Assembly: GCA_000708835.1 (NCBI GenBank)
Contig: DF236975.1
Coordinates: 248,001-312,000, forward strand
Reading direction: 5' to 3'
DNA from: Klebsormidium nitens
Lineage: Eukaryota > Plantae > Klebsormidiophyceae
DNA: 64,000 bases
Under the pieces are notes generated by a model that worked only from the letters and a program-made list of their open reading frames with translations, was not told where the DNA came from and searched no databases. Position numbers and translations under genes: made by a program. How positions within the stretch are numbered: position 1 is the first letter of the stretch; each line of letters starts with the position of its first letter. Below, piece after piece: positions 59,301 through 64,000 of the stretch.

Positions 59301-62107
59301 ATTTGAAACAAATGCGACGGACGCTCATCGACGACACTTCCGGATCTGTGTCAAGCCGTCTACCATGTTCAATTGCTCCATTATTGGTCTCTCGAAGAAA
59401 CGGAACCTTTCGAAGCACCTGTTACTTGCGTTGATGGCGAGTAGACTCTCCGGCTCATGACGACAATGATCGAGCGACCAAGGATGACCAACTGCTTGCA
59501 CAGCGTGTTGCTCGCGTTGAACACTGCTTGATTGTTATTGTGCCCGATTCTTTTTAACCTGCATCTGCTTGAAGGAGTGTCACAAATTTTCCAGGTTTTG
59601 AGTTGAGCTTTTTTATGCGTTCTTTCCAGGCCGCAGTAGAGAAGAACGCCTTAGAGATCTGCCAGTACGTCGAGGAACTGAACTGGGGAACGGGCAAGCA
59701 GGTCAGCGCCTCTTCTTCGACTTCGAATCCTTTAAGCTTGGCAAGTGGCAACGGTTTTAAAAGCCTAACGAATACGTCAACACTGTTCTTAAGGAAAACG
59801 TCAAAAGTTCGCACCGCAAGCTAGTTATGTCCCGTTTTGCATCTCGCCCTTGGATTACTTTTTCTTACCAGTGAGCGAACGTTGCAACGTCTGCTCCATT
59901 GTGACAGAAGGTTTCAGAAGCTCGGGACTTAAAGCAAGCCCATGATATCTGAACGGGCGCTCAATCCTTCATCTTCTCACCGCTACTGTTTGGAAGAAGA
60001 GCACTTCATCATGTGATGCTGAAGGAACGTGCAAAAATCGATCTGTAGCTAGATCCGCTGCTAGTGACACTGATCGATGTCGACGGGACAGCGCGTTGAA
60101 GGCAAAATTAATCCATTTCAGACCGCTCGTTTGGGCTTGATGCTTGTCCTTGAGCTGCTTTATAAGGTGTGCAAAGGTCGCTTAGCCTGGATCTTTCCGT
60201 TACGTCCCTGGGCCGTTCCTTGCCGTCGGGCCCTTATTTACGCTCCCGGGTTTTCCTCACACGCCTCCCGTCTTCAACAGGTGGTGATACTGGGCCACAG
60301 CAAGGGGGGCATCGACGCCTGCGCGGCGCTCGCGCTTTTCCCTGAGCGGCTGGCCGGCAAAGTGCGCGGGATTGCGCTGGTGCAGAGCCCATATGCGGGA
60401 AACCCGGTTTGCTCAGACATCCTGCGGGAGGGACAGGTGGCGGACTTTGGTTCGCGGGCGGTGCTACAAACGCTGATGCATCATGCACTCAAGGTGAGGC
60501 TCGACTCCACCAAGCCTTGTCAGACAGATTGTTAGCAGGAATGATGACTAATTCGAACAGTGCCGCTTCGATGAGAACACAACTTAAAATGACGGGAGCC
60601 AAATGTATAAAGGAAGGAACGTTAGTTCGAGGACAGAAGCTTCTCAGGAAGCCAAGTGGAGACGAGAGCGGAAGCGGTTCATTTCGCACGACGCACCCTG
60701 AGGGAATGACGCCTTGCCCTCCTCAATTCTCTTTAGGGACCTCAATCCATGCTACCCCAAGCAAAGTTCATCCGGCACAGAAGCGCCCCTGCCTCGACTG
60801 CTCAACTCCCGGGGGCCTCTCTGTAGCCCCATTTCCACATAACGTCTCCCCATCTTCCCGCAGGGAGAGCTCCGTGCCCTGGAAGACCTGACGTACGAGC
60901 ACCGCCGCGCGTTCATCCTCTCCCACCCGCTCCCTCCGGGGATCCCCCTCGTGTCCTTCCACACCGAGGCCAGCCGCGCCCCGACCGCCCTCTCAACCAT
61001 TACCACCGTCGGCCACGCAGAGCTGCCGTTGGCCGCACTAGTTGCTGGGGCCACCAGCTCGGCAGCGGCGCAGAGCGCGGGCGTTGGGAAGCTGCCGATT
61101 GCGATGCCGATTGGTGCCACGTTGGCGACGATTGCGGGGCACTTGGAGCTCAGGTGAGGGGGGCCCGAAAAGAGACTGGTGGTTTGGAACAGTTCGGCCG
61201 TTCTGGAGAAGTCTTTGGCATGAGAAGCGCAGTAAGTTTGCGGAGGGGCCCTCGAATGGGACGGACATGTCGTGCCTCAGTCACAACATGTCCGAGTCAC
61301 GAATTGTTGATCTACTTGCGCCGTCTCAACTCCAGTTTCAGTTGTTCATCGTCGCCTGAAGCGGCGGCCGAACTCCTTGCAAACTGTTATTCTTCCTTTC
61401 TTTTGGATCTGACGGACGAATTGAGCGGCACACGAACAACCAGCACACGAAAGAGCCTACGAGCAGTTATCATTTCCCGTGCAGGTATGGGGAGAAGTCA
61501 GACGGTTTAGTGACCAGGCCCGATGCGGAAGTGCCCGGCTCGGTGGTTGTCCGACCCGAGAAGAAGCTGGATCACGCGTGGCCGGTGTTTGGAGGGGGCA
61601 AGTCGACCCCGGGGGAACCCGAGCCTGCACACGTGAGCCGCTCCTGTGAAGTTCAGGCGCCTCGAGCTGGATGCAGGGTTAAGACATGTGATGTTCACAG
61701 TATGCTAAAGCGGTGGGAACATGAAACGAGGGCCGGCGTGTTATCAGATAGTATTCTAACGGCAGGGTCCTTAAAGTTGCTGGAGATGCTCCCGTCTAAA
61801 ATTTCTCAGCGTCAAGGTTTTTGTGTAGTTCAACTTGATGGTGAAGTCAGCCGTTGTTTGTCCTGTCAACCCGACGTCCACATGGTAGATACGAGAACGA
61901 AAGGCGCCCACTGGCAATACTTCTTGTACACCCGTCAGATGCGTGCTGGCTGCATCCCTAATGATTTACTCGACACCAACCTTTGTCGTCGATGTGCAGG
62001 TGAATGAGGCGCTCCTGACGCTGCTTCTTGAGAGCCAGTTCCCACCCGGTCAAGCTCCAGTTGTGCGCCAAGTCAGGAGCGGGGATCCCCCGAAGCGGTG
62101 GCGCTGA
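56364..62107 (+). CDS. Plant alpha/beta-hydrolase (lipase/LCAT-like, GHSKG; resembles Arabidopsis At2g44970 from memory) with long N-terminal extension
   Basis: Spliced exons give DIGWLKREPGMPPITDGSERF..YVYLLTPGLFSNFGPLYLYDTKKYLAKLGLSTHIAKIHSEAAVEKNALEICQYVEELNWGTGKQVVILGHSKGGIDA..VQSPYAGNPVCSDILREGQ..LEDLTYEHRR..RYGEKSDGLVTRPDAEVPGSVVVRPEKKLDHAW..VNEALLTLLL. The nucleophile Ser is at 60299-60301 and the stop TGA at 62105-62107. The true start may lie upstream (e.g. 55797). Confidence 0.9.
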
Positions 62108-63478
62108 TATAATTAGTTGGAGACGTTAATGTTTTGCGCGGCAGGAAATCTGCAAGACAATCTTAAGGTGATTTTGTAAACTGTGTACTTCGGTGTCAAT
62201 TATGGCGCTCTCTTTGCTGATGGGGCCAACCACGTTGGTTTTTTGAGTATGTACGGTCTGGAAACTACCAAATGCGCGCAGGAGTGTGGATCATATACAA
62301 GGTGAATATACTGTTGGTCATAGCAAGGCCTCCCTGGTGGAACAGATCAATCGGAGGACCAGCGAAAAGCTGCATATAGTAGCTCGCTTCAACCTAAAGA
62401 AACGACGCAGGTATGATCAACGCTGGGTCTTTGACTATCAAACTTCCGTTTTTGGAAGTTGCTCCCTATTATGATTCTTTGTCATCCTAGTGTCGAATTT
62501 CGGGTCGACTCATGCAATCCAAGCTGAATTAAGAACAGTCCTTTGATTCCGTTCATAATCTGCATTGGAGCACACTGTTTAGTTTGGGACTGAAATCAAG
62601 TAGATGCCAGGATCTATGACTCGAAAACATGCAGCATCCCCTCAGATGGTCTGCTTCAGTCGACACCATGTCTTCAGGAACTAGTATTCGTGTCGAGCAC
62701 ATCATTGATCGATCGAGATTTGATTCGCTCGCGAAGCTCCTGATGTAATCTTACGGCCCGTATGCGTTGCATCGGCTCATATGATCTGGCATCTTAAGAA
62801 GCTCTGGCACCGCGCAAGAATAAGTGTAGCTCGATTAAACCGGCAATTGTAATCAGGATATATTTAACCGCGTTTGTAAGATGATTCTATGGACGAACCT
62901 TCAATGGTCGCATGCATATGCACACTCCGCGGCCGGCACTATGACATATGGTTCTGCGCATATATATGCTCGCACGGGCTTGGGCGCGTCCGATTTGCAC
63001 CATGATCGACGCGCCCATGCAAACCGCGTCGTCCTCTTATATATCACCATTCTGCCTTTGCTTTTGACCAAGTCATGATCGAGCGCGGCTAGCAGGGGCG
63101 GTTTCACGAGTAAACTAAGCAGCTCCGGCCAGCTTGCGCGGCGCGCATATGTGCAGTACGGTACGTATCTCGTGGGCTGCAAGAGTGGACGGCGTTTGCA
63201 TGCAATATCCTCGATCGTGTCCTGCATCTTGGCGATCATAGGATCACAACATTCAATCGCCACGCAATTGCAGAAGCACTGCATGTAGCTAACGCGGAGC
63301 CTATTTTTCATACGCAATCGAGCGGTGATTTAACAGCCTGTAGCTAGAGTTAAGGGGAAAGGCGGCTCATGCAGTTCAAGTCGTCGTATAAGATGGTCGC
63401 CTGCATCACTTGAATCGTCAAAATGAACTTCAGTTGCTAATTTGCATCTTGAAGTCGTAGCCGCGAGTATATACAAAC

Positions 63479-64000
63479 TCAATGTCGGTATGCTACAACG
63501 TCGAATGGTGAACTGTGGACTTGTACTTGATGATCCGCCTGAGCATCTTCGACTGGGAATACCATGTTGGCGCTGCGCTCAGCCACGCCTGTTGATCTTT
63601 CTGACCCGGTCGAATCCCTTCTTTCGAAATCCCCATCTTTGCGCTGCAAATGTGCAGCCCCACTTCGCTGCGTCTCTCCGTTTCTCACGCCTATTGGCCA
63701 CCACTCAATCCCACCTGTTGCATGTCTTCCATTCACACGGACCCTCCCTTTCGTTCGACTGTGCCCGCCCTCACTTCCGGTGCCTTTCTCCTCCGTCCCC
63801 ACTACACCCGATAAGTTGCTGAACAAATACTCATCCGCATTTCCTCCATGCGACCGGTTTACGGTACTTGGCCCTGCCCCGCCCTCTAACGAACGCCGCC
63901 TTTGCTCCGCATATTCTGCACCATCCTCTACAGAAGAGACTCCGACTTCCTGCGGCCACGTCGGATCCGCAGCATGCCACGTGTCATGCTCGCGGTCAGC
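63479..64000 (-). CDS. 3' terminal exon of a gene extending beyond the window
   Basis: The frame of ORF 63479-63826 stays open to position 64000 (ADREHDTWHAADPTWPQEVG..AYRH-stop, ~173 codons, low complexity). No family recognised. Confidence 0.5.
   Translation of the reverse strand, partial: ADREHDTWHAADPTWPQEVGVSSVEDGAEYAEQRRRSLEGGAGPSTVNRSHGGNADEYLFSNLSGVVGTEEKGTGSEGGHSRTKGRVRVNGRHATGGIEWWPIGVRNGETQRSGAAHLQRKDGDFERRDSTGSERSTGVAERSANMVFPVEDAQADHQVQVHSSPFDVVAYRH

Noticed and set aside
62901-63317. 138-aa minus-strand ORF that might be a viral or TE remnant
   Set aside because: No motif I can identify; it would need a BLAST hit to support any call.

Overview
Eukaryotic, intron-rich, GC-rich nuclear DNA of a green plant lineage. 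Gene content and intron style suggest a streptophyte alga such as Klebsormidium (inference). Exons rebuilt by hand from GT(GC)-AG sites give these genes in order: (1) a plant tandem CCCH zinc-finger (RR-TZF) gene running off the left end; (2) tRNA 2'-phosphotransferase TPT1; (3) a divergently transcribed conserved plant UPF0174/YaaW-like gene; (4) an unknown AT-hook/low-complexity gene; (5) an ~11-kb secreted pepsin-like aspartic protease fused to a PTTP(A/K) mucin stalk and four copies of an unrecognised six-cysteine module; (6) two hypothetical genes; (7) a type-I membrane protein with a cadherin-like beta-sandwich, a long Gly/Ser/Pro stalk and a domain resembling cyanobacterial giant surface proteins; (8) a plant GHSKG alpha/beta-hydrolase; (9) the 3' end of another gene at the right edge. 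One exon of the protease gene is split by an LTR-type insertion (TG..CA, 4-bp TSD). Between two assembly gaps inside it lies a 64-bp-TIR-bounded segment carrying an orphan divergent histone H3/CENH3-like exon and a solo LTR of the same family. Several reading frames break by 1 nt at G/C homopolymers, most likely assembly error. No rRNA, tRNA or CRISPR array was recognised. The two modular surface proteins and the nested, histone-carrying insertion are the most interesting features.
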